A DNA stretch of 64,000 bases. It comes from Bradymonadia bacterium. GTDB lineage: Bacteria; Myxococcota_A; Bradymonadia; UBA7976; UBA1532. The notes beneath the pieces were generated by a model. The model was not told the origin of the DNA. It saw only the letters and a program-made list of their open reading frames with translations, and ran no database searches. Each line of letters opens with the position of its first letter. Position 1 is the stretch's first letter. Location of the stretch: positions 320,001 to 384,000 of the forward strand of contig JBKAGE010000036.1 in assembly GCA_046290225.1 (NCBI GenBank), given 5' to 3'. Made by a program: the position numbers and the translations under genes. Below, piece after piece: positions 19,468 through 28,867 of this stretch.

Positions 19468-20240
19468 GCGGCCCCAACACACGCCAGCAGCCTCAGCAAG
19501 GGGTGCAGATTCACCTGCGGTGGCTGGTCTTGCTGGCATCCATGATCGTCCTGGTGTTGCTCCGGCGGCACCGCGTGCTGCTCACCATCTACGTGGCGCT
19601 GTTCTGCACTGGCTCGCTGCTCTACCTGCTGTGGCTGCCCAAGTTCATGGCCAGCCAGGAGCGCAAGTTCACCCGCGAGGCCCTGAGGCTGATCACGTCG
19701 GGTGACATCAGCGGCCTCAAAGCCCTCGCCCAGCGTCAGGGTTTGATCCGACGATTCGGCCGGCGCCACGTGATCCCCGACACCCTCGCCATGGGCGCAG
19801 CCTCAGTGGGCGATCACGAAGCTGCCTGCCACCTGTACGCCGAGGCCTTGCAACACGCGCCCCCTGAAGATCGGGTCCGCATCGAGCTGAACCTCGCCGC
19901 CGAGGAGGTCCAGACAGGCCGGCTCGACGCCGCTGAGGGCCGATACCGGGCCATTCTGCGCAAGCGACCCGGTCAGCTCATCGCCGTGGGCCAGCTTGGG
20001 CGGCTGTTGGTGAAGAAAGAGGCTTTCTCTGAAGCCATCGACCATCTGAAGCAGGCCTTGGAGATGGCCAACGGCAGCGAAGCGGCGGGGCTGAAGCTGG
20101 CCCTCGCCGAGGCCTTGATTCTCACCGGCGACGCCTCAGGTCAGGCCCTCGCTCAGGAGGCGGGATCTGAAGGGGCCTCTTCTGAAGAGGTCTCTCGCGT
20201 GCTCGCCCTCTCCAGCAGCCAGCGCGACACCCGCGGGTAG
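19464..20240 (+). CDS. Membrane-anchored TPR protein
   Basis: GTGA overlap with the upstream stop; two N-terminal TM helices; TPR-like helices. Confidence 0.75.
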   Translation: MSGPNTRQQPQQGVQIHLRWLVLLASMIVLVLLRRHRVLLTIYVALFCTGSLLYLLWLPKFMASQERKFTREALRLITSGDISGLKALAQRQGLIRRFGRRHVIPDTLAMGAASVGDHEAACHLYAEALQHAPPEDRVRIELNLAAEEVQTGRLDAAEGRYRAILRKRPGQLIAVGQLGRLLVKKEAFSEAIDHLKQALEMANGSEAAGLKLALAEALILTGDASGQALAQEAGSEGASSEEVSRVLALSSSQRDTRG

Positions 20241-21265
20241 ACCACCTCCGGGGCCCGATGCCCCAACACCAGATCCACGTGCCCCCAGTCGCCGTCGGCG
20301 CCGCCGAGGACCTCCATGTGCTTGTGGGGGCTGCCCATGGCTTCGAAGCCCGCCTGTACCGAGGCGATGGGCGCCATGCGATCCAGGTTGCCGGCGATGG
20401 CCAGGTAGGGCCACTTCACCCCTTCGAGGCGGGTCAGCGTCTGATCCGCGGGCCGACCATCGAGACCCTGGCGGTGCAGAATCGCGTCGACGAAGTTACG
20501 GATCACCTTCCGGGGCACATCTTCGAGCACCTCGGCCATGAACGCTCGCTGCGTCGTGGGGCGCATGTGCTCTGGATGAAAGAACATGCGCTCCACAGGC
20601 CGCGCCGGCACTCGCCCTGCGAAGGGCAACACCAGCGCGCACCAGCGGGCGATGCGAGCCGAGGGCAGCCAGTCGAGGTAGCGCAGCCACCGGGCGATGC
20701 CGCCCCAGTGGGCCCGCACCGGATCCGGGTGCGTGGGGGTGCCCAACGTGATGAGCCCGCCGAGATCGTCGATGCGGCCCTCCGCACCCGCGAGCAAGGC
20801 CACGAGGCCCCCCATGGAGTGGCCTACCCAGAGCACCTCGCGCTCACCCGTGAGCGTGCGCACGTGCTCAAGGGCTGCGGGCACGTCGAAGCGGGCATGA
20901 TCGATGATGCCGTAGGTCCACCCCTTGCCGAAGAAGCCCGGCTTCTCGCTGCCGCCGGCCCCTCGCAGATCGAGCAGGAACACGTCGAACCCCTGCTCGG
21001 CAAGGTGACGGCCGAGGCTGTACTCGGCGTCGAGATCGAAGAAGCGGTGGTTGCACGCCAGGCCATGGCAACAAATGACCGGACGCCCGCCCCCCGGGCC
21101 CTCGGGGTTGGCTCGAATGCGATTGAGCGCGATGCGCCAGCCGTCCTCCGTGGCGACGAAGTGGCGCTCGTCTGGCAGACGCAGACGGCTGTAGTGGCGC
21201 TTCCAGAACCAGATGTGGGCCACCACCAGCGCCACGATGGCCACGAGGTAGATCAAAATCTCCAT
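20153..21265 (-). CDS. Alpha/beta hydrolase (lipase/PhaC-like) with N-terminal anchor
   Basis: TEDGWRIAL, CHGL, DLRGAG, GHSMGG nucleophile elbow, WGHVDL catalytic His. Confidence 0.9.
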   Translation of the reverse strand: MEILIYLVAIVALVVAHIWFWKRHYSRLRLPDERHFVATEDGWRIALNRIRANPEGPGGGRPVICCHGLACNHRFFDLDAEYSLGRHLAEQGFDVFLLDLRGAGGSEKPGFFGKGWTYGIIDHARFDVPAALEHVRTLTGEREVLWVGHSMGGLVALLAGAEGRIDDLGGLITLGTPTHPDPVRAHWGGIARWLRYLDWLPSARIARWCALVLPFAGRVPARPVERMFFHPEHMRPTTQRAFMAEVLEDVPRKVIRNFVDAILHRQGLDGRPADQTLTRLEGVKWPYLAIAGNLDRMAPIASVQAGFEAMGSPHKHMEVLGGADGDWGHVDLVLGHRAPEVVYPRVSRWLLERASTRETSSEEAPSDPAS

Positions 21266-21269
21266 CGAG

Positions 21270-22367
21270 TCACTCCTGGGCTGAGCCCACCACCACCATG
21301 AAGTTGAGGCGATCCCGCCCTCGGGCCACCCGCACCTGAGCGGCGCGGCCAGGCTTGGTGGCAGCGATGAGCCAGCTGAGCATGCGCGGATCTTCGATGG
21401 GCACCCCATCGTACGCCAGAATGATGTCACCGGGCTCCAGGCCCGCCAGATGGCCAGGCGCCTCCAAAACGACCCCCTTGACGAGGGCCCCTCGGCGAGT
21501 GCTCAGCCCGGAGGCCGCCACCTGATCCAGCGAAGGGCTTATGGTGACGAGGCCAGTGTACCCTCTCACAAAGCGGCCATCAGCCAGGATGCTCTCCACC
21601 ACCACATTCACCATGTCGATGGGCGTCGCGAAGGAGACGCCCTGGCCGTGGCCGAGGACCGCGGTGTTCACCCCTACTACCCGCCCATCGATGTTCACCA
21701 GCGGTCCCCCCGAGTTGCCCGGATTGATGCTGGCATCGGTTTGAATGAAGTTCGCGTATCTCGGCGCCCCTGAGGGCAGATTCCGGCGACCCAGGGCGCT
21801 CACCACCCCCACAGTGATCGAATGATCGAAGCCGTAGGGGCTGCCCAACGCCGCCACCCACTGCCCCGGCCGCAGCGGCTTCACCGAGCCCCGAGCGAGG
21901 GGAGGCAGCCGCCCACCGTCGAGCTTGAGCACAGCAAGGTCAGTTTTGGGATCACTGCCCACCAGGACAGCGGACAAGACTTGCCGATCGGCTGTACGCA
22001 CCTGAAAAGCAGAGACATTGTCGACGATGTGATCGTTGGTCACGAGGTGGCCCTGAGCGTCCCAAAGGAAGCCACTCCCCTGACGCACAGTGGCGAAGCC
22101 CGTCTCCTCCACGTGGCCGGCGAGCACGCTCACCACCGAGGGCGCCACGGTATCGAAGACATAGGTGAAGTCGGGGCCACGGCCGTCACACTGGCAATCA
22201 CCAGATCGCTCGACCTTCTCGGGCTCAGGGGCTGGCTTTGGGGGCGGGGGCGCAGACACGGGTGCTTTTGACGGTGCCGGCCGTGCGTTTGCAGGCGGCG
22301 CAGGCTCCTGACATCCGAGAAGGGCCAGGAGGCAGCCCAGAGACCACCCAGGACGGCTGGCGGTCAC
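21270..22367 (-). CDS. HtrA/DegP-family serine protease with one PDZ domain (lipoprotein)
   Basis: GSGF..VTNDHIV, DLAVLK, IQTDASINPGNSGGPL, C-terminal PDZ; lipobox LLGC. Confidence 0.93.
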   Translation of the reverse strand: MTASRPGWSLGCLLALLGCQEPAPPANARPAPSKAPVSAPPPPKPAPEPEKVERSGDCQCDGRGPDFTYVFDTVAPSVVSVLAGHVEETGFATVRQGSGFLWDAQGHLVTNDHIVDNVSAFQVRTADRQVLSAVLVGSDPKTDLAVLKLDGGRLPPLARGSVKPLRPGQWVAALGSPYGFDHSITVGVVSALGRRNLPSGAPRYANFIQTDASINPGNSGGPLVNIDGRVVGVNTAVLGHGQGVSFATPIDMVNVVVESILADGRFVRGYTGLVTISPSLDQVAASGLSTRRGALVKGVVLEAPGHLAGLEPGDIILAYDGVPIEDPRMLSWLIAATKPGRAAQVRVARGRDRLNFMVVVGSAQE

Positions 22368-22702
22368 CGACGCGCTTTCTGGACGTACTTCACACGGAGT
22401 TCGTACAGCAGCGTATCGAGCAGCCTGCGCTCCTCGTCGTCGAGATTGCCTACGGTCTTGTTCTTGAGCATGCCCAGGGTGTCGATGACCTGAGCCGCCA
22501 TGACGAGATCGGGCGCGCTCTCACCGGTCTCGCCGAGGTGCACCAGGGCGAGGTGGTTGAGAGACATCACGTGGTGGGCGAACGTCATGGTGGAGATCAC
22601 CGGACGCTGTGTGCCCCCCTCGTCCTCGGCGGGCTTCACCTCAGGGGTGCCCTCCGGATCGACGTGGAACACCCGCTTGTCGTGCTGATCGCGATCGCCC
22701 AT
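22364..22702 (-). CDS. DUF1844-like protein
   Basis: TFAHHVMSL..ALVHLG..IDTLGMLKNKTVGNL..LYELRVKYV. Confidence 0.85.
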   Translation of the reverse strand: MGDRDQHDKRVFHVDPEGTPEVKPAEDEGGTQRPVISTMTFAHHVMSLNHLALVHLGETGESAPDLVMAAQVIDTLGMLKNKTVGNLDDEERRLLDTLLYELRVKYVQKARR

Positions 22703-22726
22703 GGGGCCTCCTCGGGCCGAGCCCTT

Positions 22727-22948
22727 TTACATCGAGGTGGTCTCGTCTCCGGGCACCTGGTGGACCTCTTTCGAGCCCACTTTCTCCTTGAGGGACTCCA
22801 TCTCGATGACCACAGCCTCGCTGTTGCCCTCGGCGTCTTCGAGGTTGGCGAGCCAGTCTTTGTGCTCGTCGGCGGTGACCACCCCCATCTCGACGTGGCG
22901 CTTCACCAGGCGAATATCATAGAGGTATTCAGGGACCTTGCGGATCAT
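22727..22948 (-). CDS. Small hypothetical protein (73 aa)
   Basis: GGAG RBS; DIRLVKRHVEMGVVTADEHKDWLANLED; heads the DUF1844-htrA-hydrolase operon. Confidence 0.7.
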   Translation of the reverse strand: MIRKVPEYLYDIRLVKRHVEMGVVTADEHKDWLANLEDAEGNSEAVVIEMESLKEKVGSKEVHQVPGDETTSM

Positions 22949-23143
22949 GAGGGGGCTCCAATGGCAGCATGTTTGAGGGGCCACTCCATCCAACGGGGCA
23001 GCCCGGACAGCGGCAAATAGTGCTCAATGGCCCCGTCAGAGTCAATCTGCTAAGGTGCGCCGCTGCCAGCGACACTGTAGGTGTACCTGCCCGTGACGCG
23101 GCACACGACGCCCTCGAACAGACCCATCCACAGGAAGATGGCC

Positions 23144-24403
23144 ATGACCGCTCAGCCCAAATCAGAGTTCCTCAACATCGTCCTCCGGCGTGGCTTCATG
23201 CACCAGTGCACCGATCTCGAGGCACTCGACGAAGCCTTCATGAAGGGACACGTGACGGGCTATGTGGGCTTCGATGCCACCGCAGACTCGCTCCACGCCG
23301 GCAGCCTCGTGTCGATCATGTTGTTGTACTGGCTTCAGTACTGCGGCCACCGTCCTCTCGTGCTCATGGGCGGTGGCACCACCAAGGTGGGTGATCCCTC
23401 GGGCAAAGACGAAAGCCGTCAGCTGCTCACCGCCGATCGCATCGAGCAGAACATCGCCTCCATCAAGGGCATCTTCGACAAGGTCATCGACTTCAGGGGT
23501 GATGGTCCCGACAGCGGCATCTTCCTCAACAACGCCGAGTGGCTCGATGCCCTGGAGTACGTGCCCTTCTTGAGAGACGTGGGCCGCCACTTCACCATCA
23601 ACCGCATGCTCACCATGGACTCGGTGCGGTTGCGCCTCGATCGCGAGCAGCCCCTGAGCTTCCTTGAGTTCAACTACATGCTGCTGCAGGCCTACGACTT
23701 CGCCGAGCTCAACAAGCGCTACGGCTGCACCCTGCAGATGGGCGGCTCTGATCAGTGGGGCAACATCACCCAAGGCATCGACCTCGGTCGCCGCATGCAC
23801 GGCGCCAGCCTGTTCGGCCTCACCACCCCCCTCATCACCACCGCTTCTGGGGCGAAGATGGGGAAGACGGCCGCTGGCGCGGTGTGGCTCAACCCTGATC
23901 GACTCTCGGCCTACGACTACTACCAGTACTGGCGCAACGTCGAAGACGCCGACGTGGGTCGGTTCCTGCGCCTGTTCACCATGGTGCGTCTCGAGGAGAT
24001 CGAGCGCCTCGAGGCCCTCAAGGGTCAGGAGATCAACGAGGCCAAGAAGGTCCTCGCCCGTGAGGCCTGCGCCATCGTGCACGGCCGAGAAGCCGCAGTC
24101 GCCGCGGAGACCACCGCCCTGGAGACCTTCGAAAAGGGGGCCAGCGCCGCAGGTCTGCCCACCTTCGACGTACCTCAGGGCAACCTGGACGCCGGGGTGA
24201 AGATCATCGAGCTCTTCGTTCAGGCGGGGCTGGCGAAGTCCAACGGCGAGGCCCGACGCCTGATTCGTCAGGGCGGCGCCAAGGTGAACGACACTCAGTT
24301 CAAAGACGAGCACGGCAGCCTCACCGCCTCCGATCTCAACGGCGAGGGGGTCATCAAGCTCTCCGCCGGCAAGAAACGCCACGCCCTGATCCGCCCAGCC
24401 TGA
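23144..24403 (+). CDS. tyrS: Tyrosine--tRNA ligase
   Basis: [30 protein letters not shown]-terminal S4 domain. Start 23138 or 23144. Confidence 0.97.
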   Translation: MTAQPKSEFLNIVLRRGFMHQCTDLEALDEAFMKGHVTGYVGFDATADSLHAGSLVSIMLLYWLQYCGHRPLVLMGGGTTKVGDPSGKDESRQLLTADRIEQNIASIKGIFDKVIDFRGDGPDSGIFLNNAEWLDALEYVPFLRDVGRHFTINRMLTMDSVRLRLDREQPLSFLEFNYMLLQAYDFAELNKRYGCTLQMGGSDQWGNITQGIDLGRRMHGASLFGLTTPLITTASGAKMGKTAAGAVWLNPDRLSAYDYYQYWRNVEDADVGRFLRLFTMVRLEEIERLEALKGQEINEAKKVLAREACAIVHGREAAVAAETTALETFEKGASAAGLPTFDVPQGNLDAGVKIIELFVQAGLAKSNGEARRLIRQGGAKVNDTQFKDEHGSLTASDLNGEGVIKLSAGKKRHALIRPA

Positions 24404-24413
24404 GAGAGTACCC

Positions 24414-25448
24414 ATGCGACTGCTCGCCGGTGACGTCGGAGGCACCCACACCCGCCTCACGCTGTACGAAGGCCCCGCTGATCAGCCTCCCCAGGCATCG
24501 GCCACCGCGGTCTACAAGAGCCAGGAGTTCACCGATCTCGCCCCGGTGATCCGCGCCTTCCTCCGAGAGCACGCCCTGGCACCGCCAGAGGGCGCCTGCA
24601 TCGGCGTCGCGGGCCCTGTCCGCCAGGGGCGGGTGCGGCTGACCAATGTGAACTGGCAGCTCGATGCGATCCGGCTCAGCGCCGACCTCGGGTTCCCTAT
24701 CACGTTGATCAACGACTTCCACGCTCAGGCGGCGGCGATCCCTCACCTGGGGCCCCACGATCTCGTGGCTCTCGAGACCAACGGCTCTGCAGAGCCCGAG
24801 GCAGAAGAGGGCGCGCCCATCGCCATCCTCGGCCCAGGCACAGGTCTTGGTGAGGCGCTGCTGATTCCCGAAACGCACGGCGGCTACCGTGTACTGCCCA
24901 CCGAGGGCGGCCACAGCCGGTTCGCCCCCCGGGACGAGCGGGAGATCGGCCTGCTCCGAAGCCTGTGGCAGACATTCCCGGAGCACGTGAGCGTAGAGCG
25001 CGTGCTCAGCGGCAATGGTCTGGTGGCCATCTACGACTACCTGCGGGGCGACACCCCCAGGCGGCCCGAGATGGCCACCACAGATCCTGCGGCGGTCATC
25101 ACCACGCAGGCCCTCGCCCGTGGCTGCCCCATCTGCGTCGAGGCCGTGGAGATGTTCGTCGCCATCCTCGGCGACGAAGCTGCGAACCTCGCCCTCAAGA
25201 GCAACGCCGGCGGCGGTGTCTACATCGCAGGTGGCATCGGCCCCCGCATCGCCCCCCTGATGCAGGGCACCTTCCGTCGTGCCTTCATCACCAAGGGCCG
25301 TTTCGGCAGCTGGTTGAGGGGTGTGCCCACGTGGCTGATCATCCGCACCGACTCGGGCATGCTCGGCGCCTGGGCTGAGGCCCACCGGCTCGCGAGCCAG
25401 CCCCACGAGCAGTCGCCCGAGAGATCGCTGATGGAGAGCGAAGACTGA
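24414..25448 (+). CDS. glk: Glucokinase
   Basis: GDVGGT, GVAGPV, LINDF, GPGTGLG, TEGGH, SVERVLSG. Confidence 0.95.
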   Translation: MRLLAGDVGGTHTRLTLYEGPADQPPQASATAVYKSQEFTDLAPVIRAFLREHALAPPEGACIGVAGPVRQGRVRLTNVNWQLDAIRLSADLGFPITLINDFHAQAAAIPHLGPHDLVALETNGSAEPEAEEGAPIAILGPGTGLGEALLIPETHGGYRVLPTEGGHSRFAPRDEREIGLLRSLWQTFPEHVSVERVLSGNGLVAIYDYLRGDTPRRPEMATTDPAAVITTQALARGCPICVEAVEMFVAILGDEAANLALKSNAGGGVYIAGGIGPRIAPLMQGTFRRAFITKGRFGSWLRGVPTWLIIRTDSGMLGAWAEAHRLASQPHEQSPERSLMESED

Positions 25449-27721
25449 TGCGGAATTCCGAGAGCCGATGGCTGACGGCCCCCACGCGCCTCGCCCAGGA
25501 CCGACTCGTCGTCGGCGCCCTGCTCCTGGCGTTGCTGGCCCTCTACATGCCCAACCTCGGCGGCTATGGCCTCTATGACCCCTGGGAGACCCACTACGGT
25601 GAGGTGGCCCGGAACATGGTCGAGACCGGAAACTACATCGATCCCTTCTGGGGCGCCCCCTGGGATCCGAACGGGGTGAAGCGCGAGCGCGCGGGCTTCT
25701 ACAGCAAGCCGCCGCTGACGATGTGGCTCATGGCCGCGGGCATGAACATCGCCGGCTACAACGAGTGGGGTGTGCGGCTGCTCTTCCCCGTACTGGCCAT
25801 CATGGCCCTGCTGGCCATCTACCTCGCCGTGTCGAGGCTGAAACATCGCCGGGCGGGGCTCATCGCCGTCACCGTCACCGGCACGATACCGTTCTATACA
25901 TTCTTGAGTCGTCAGGCCGTCACCGATGGCCCCATGGTGTCCCTCATGGTGCTCGCCGCCATGGCTCTGGGGCTTGGCCTCTTCGCTTGCGAAGACGATG
26001 ACAGCCCACCGAGCCCAGCGCTTTATTGGGGCACGCTCACCCTGGCCATGGTGGTCATGCTCGGCCAGCTGTGGGCCATGCTGCCCATGGATCGCAGCCC
26101 CGACACCATCCGACCCTACCCGGGCGACGGCGGGTTCTTCATCGCCATCCAGTGGTTCTTCCGCGATCTCTTCTGGGTGGGCCGCGGCAAGGGTTGGGTC
26201 ATCGCCCTGGTCTTGATGCCCCTGGCGGTCTTCACCGCCCTGCGCATCGCCCGCCAGAGGCGCCGGCAGATGCTCTACATCTACCTGTTTTACATCTTCG
26301 TGGGCCTCGTGGTGCCGGCGAAGGGTTGGGTGGCCTGGGCCCCCCTCGGCGGGGCCATTGTCGGCTACCTGCTCATCACCGGCGAGTGGCATCGGCTCAA
26401 GCAGGTCGACATCCCTGGTGGGCTGCTCATCGTCTTCATGACTGGGCATCCGTGGATCATCGCCATGCTCGGAGGGCACCACCCGGGGTGGTACAACCGT
26501 TTTGTGGTGCACGATCACTACAAGCGGCTCTTCGAGAAGGTGCACAGCACCGACGACGGCGCCTTCGAGTACTTCGTCAAGTGGATCGGCTACGGCTTGT
26601 TCCCCTGGATCGGGTTACTGCCTGCAGCCATCGCCCGGATGGTGGGGTTGCGCAAGGGCCCCGACGGCTACACCAAACTGCAGAAGTTCGAGATCTTCAT
26701 CTTTGTGTGGGCCATCTTCGGCTTCATGATGTTCTCCAAGTCGGGGACCAAGTTCCATCACTACATCTTCCCAGCGATCCCGCCCCTGTGCATCTTGCTG
26801 GCCCTCGCCCTCGACGATCTCATCGACCGGGCCCCTCGAGGTGCTTCGGTGCTGCTCATGGGCGGCGCTCTGATCACTGTGTGGGTCGGTCAGGACCTCT
26901 ATCGCATGCCCACCCGGCACGGTGAGGCCAGCCAGAACCTGGTGAACCTCTTCACCTACAAATATGACCGCGAGTGGCCCGAATACACTCCACCAGAAGA
27001 GCTCGCCGAAGCCCGTGCAGCCCTGGCCACTGCGCCCGATGCAGAGGGCCCAGATGTAGACAAAAAAGACAAACCACCCATGACTGCGGAGCAGCTGGCC
27101 TTCGCCGAAGAAGACAATGCATTCCTCTTCGAGCTCTCGGGCCCACTGTTCTGGATGACCTGGATGGGGGCCATCGGCCTGGGCGCCATGGCGCTCTTCG
27201 GCGGTTGGATCAGAGAGTACGGTGGGGTCGTGGTGGCCCTCGGCGGGCTTTGGTGCGCCATGTATTGCCTGCACACCTATCTACCTGTGGTCTCACACCA
27301 CTGGAGCCAGAAAGGCATGTGGGACACGTACTACAGTCAGTGCACGCCTTTCGAAGAAGGCGACACTCTGGGCTATCGACAACACATGTTGGGCCATCTC
27401 GGTCGAGTCCCGAAGCGGGCAGACATGTTCCCCAGGGTGAAGTGCAAAGAGCCCATCATCGCCTTCCGAACCAACTGGCGCGGTGAGACTTTCTACTCCG
27501 CCAACACCACGCTGCCGGTCATCGAGACCAAGTTCATGAAGCAGTTCTTCGCCCAGTGGGGCGAGCACCAGCCCTTCTACCTCTTCACTGAGCGCAGCCG
27601 GGTGAAGTCGGAGCTGGAGCCCAATTTGCCCAAGCACCTCAAGGGCAAGGGACAAGAAGTCTTCGGTGCCAACCGCAAGTTCGTCCTGTTCCGCTTCGAC
27701 CCCCCGCCGGCGTCACAGTAG
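25448..27721 (+). CDS. GT-C glycosyltransferase (ArnT/PMT_2-like)
   Basis: LYDPWETHYGEVARNM, YSKPPL, KFHHYIFP; many TM helices; TGATG coupling to glk. Confidence 0.88.
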   Translation: MRNSESRWLTAPTRLAQDRLVVGALLLALLALYMPNLGGYGLYDPWETHYGEVARNMVETGNYIDPFWGAPWDPNGVKRERAGFYSKPPLTMWLMAAGMNIAGYNEWGVRLLFPVLAIMALLAIYLAVSRLKHRRAGLIAVTVTGTIPFYTFLSRQAVTDGPMVSLMVLAAMALGLGLFACEDDDSPPSPALYWGTLTLAMVVMLGQLWAMLPMDRSPDTIRPYPGDGGFFIAIQWFFRDLFWVGRGKGWVIALVLMPLAVFTALRIARQRRRQMLYIYLFYIFVGLVVPAKGWVAWAPLGGAIVGYLLITGEWHRLKQVDIPGGLLIVFMTGHPWIIAMLGGHHPGWYNRFVVHDHYKRLFEKVHSTDDGAFEYFVKWIGYGLFPWIGLLPAAIARMVGLRKGPDGYTKLQKFEIFIFVWAIFGFMMFSKSGTKFHHYIFPAIPPLCILLALALDDLIDRAPRGASVLLMGGALITVWVGQDLYRMPTRHGEASQNLVNLFTYKYDREWPEYTPPEELAEARAALATAPDAEGPDVDKKDKPPMTAEQLAFAEEDNAFLFELSGPLFWMTWMGAIGLGAMALFGGWIREYGGVVVALGGLWCAMYCLHTYLPVVSHHWSQKGMWDTYYSQCTPFEEGDTLGYRQHMLGHLGRVPKRADMFPRVKCKEPIIAFRTNWRGETFYSANTTLPVIETKFMKQFFAQWGEHQPFYLFTERSRVKSELEPNLPKHLKGKGQEVFGANRKFVLFRFDPPPASQ

Positions 27722-27748
27722 TCAACTCGCAGCGATGGTGAGTGTGGC

Positions 27749-28360
27749 CTACCCCGTGAGGCCGAACAGCATCTCACCGAGGCGTTGACGCAGGCTCTGG
27801 TAGGCAGAAGCCGCCAGGATGAACATCACATAGCCCTGACTCCGGCTCTCTTTGAGCGTGAAGTCGATCTGCACCATGATGAACTGTTGCCGCGCCCGGG
27901 ATTTGATCTGGCCCATGAGCGTGTTGTTGTCGCCCTGGAACCAACGGGGCAACCCAGTTTGCAGCTCCATGCCGAAGGTGTCGGCAAAAGACGCCAGGCA
28001 CGCGTTGAGGATGATGTTCCCCACCTCGCTCAAGGCTTCGAATTCCAGCTCGGTCAGCTCTTGTCCGCACTGATCGTTGAGCAGCGCGTGCACCAGACTG
28101 TGGCTGTTCTCATCGGGGAAGATGAGCAAGCCTTCGCCATCCAAAGGGCCATGGAACCCCTGTGAGATGGCAGTGATGTCATCGGGAAACTGGACTCGGG
28201 CGTAAGCCTCCACCTGAGCCTCGTCACAGATCTCCACCTGGGGGAGCGACAACAGCACCTCTTCCCGAGCCATCTGGCTCAGAGCGTCGGCGGCTTGCCC
28301 CAGGCCCATGTTCAAGAGCTCACCGAGGGCATCTTTGAACATGGCGTCGTCGAGGGCCAT
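27749..28360 (-). CDS. cheC: CheC-like phosphatase
   Basis: DALGELLNMGLGQAADALS and EALSEVGNII (two ExxN motifs). Confidence 0.88.
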   Translation of the reverse strand: MALDDAMFKDALGELLNMGLGQAADALSQMAREEVLLSLPQVEICDEAQVEAYARVQFPDDITAISQGFHGPLDGEGLLIFPDENSHSLVHALLNDQCGQELTELEFEALSEVGNIILNACLASFADTFGMELQTGLPRWFQGDNNTLMGQIKSRARQQFIMVQIDFTLKESRSQGYVMFILAASAYQSLRQRLGEMLFGLTG

Positions 28361-28719
28361 CAGACACCCTCGATGAAGTGCTGCAACTTCGCCGGCGACA
28401 CGGGCTTGCCGATGAAGGTGTACCCCTGCTCTGCAGCACGGTTCTGAATCCGCGCCTGCACATTTGCCGTGAGGAGGGCGATGGGTACCTCAGGGTACTT
28501 CTCTCTCACCTGTGCGGCCGTTTCGAAGCCGTCCAGACCCGGCATATTGATGTCGATGAGCAGGGCATCAGGTACCTGCTCCTCTGTCTTGTTGATGGCC
28601 TCTTCACCGTTACTCGCGTCAACCACTTGCCACTCGGGCTTCAAGTTGAGCAGCGCGCTCCGCGCCCACAGGCGTGCGGTCATGCTGTCGTCAACGATGT
28701 AGATGGTCTTCTCGCTCAT
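28360..28719 (-). CDS. Single-domain CheY-like response regulator
   Basis: IVDDS, IDINMPGLDG, LTAN, GKP; GGAGG RBS. Confidence 0.92.
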   Translation of the reverse strand: MSEKTIYIVDDSMTARLWARSALLNLKPEWQVVDASNGEEAINKTEEQVPDALLIDINMPGLDGFETAAQVREKYPEVPIALLTANVQARIQNRAAEQGYTFIGKPVSPAKLQHFIEGV

Positions 28720-28867
28720 CGCCGAGCCTCCTGCGTTGGGGGTGGATCGTTCATCGACCGGCAGGAGGCTCGACTTTACCTGGAGGCATGCACAGGCCTC
28801 ATATTCTGGCTTTAGCGGCACCCTGCACGTGCCGAAAAATGGGCTATGTGATGGCAGGAGACATGTC

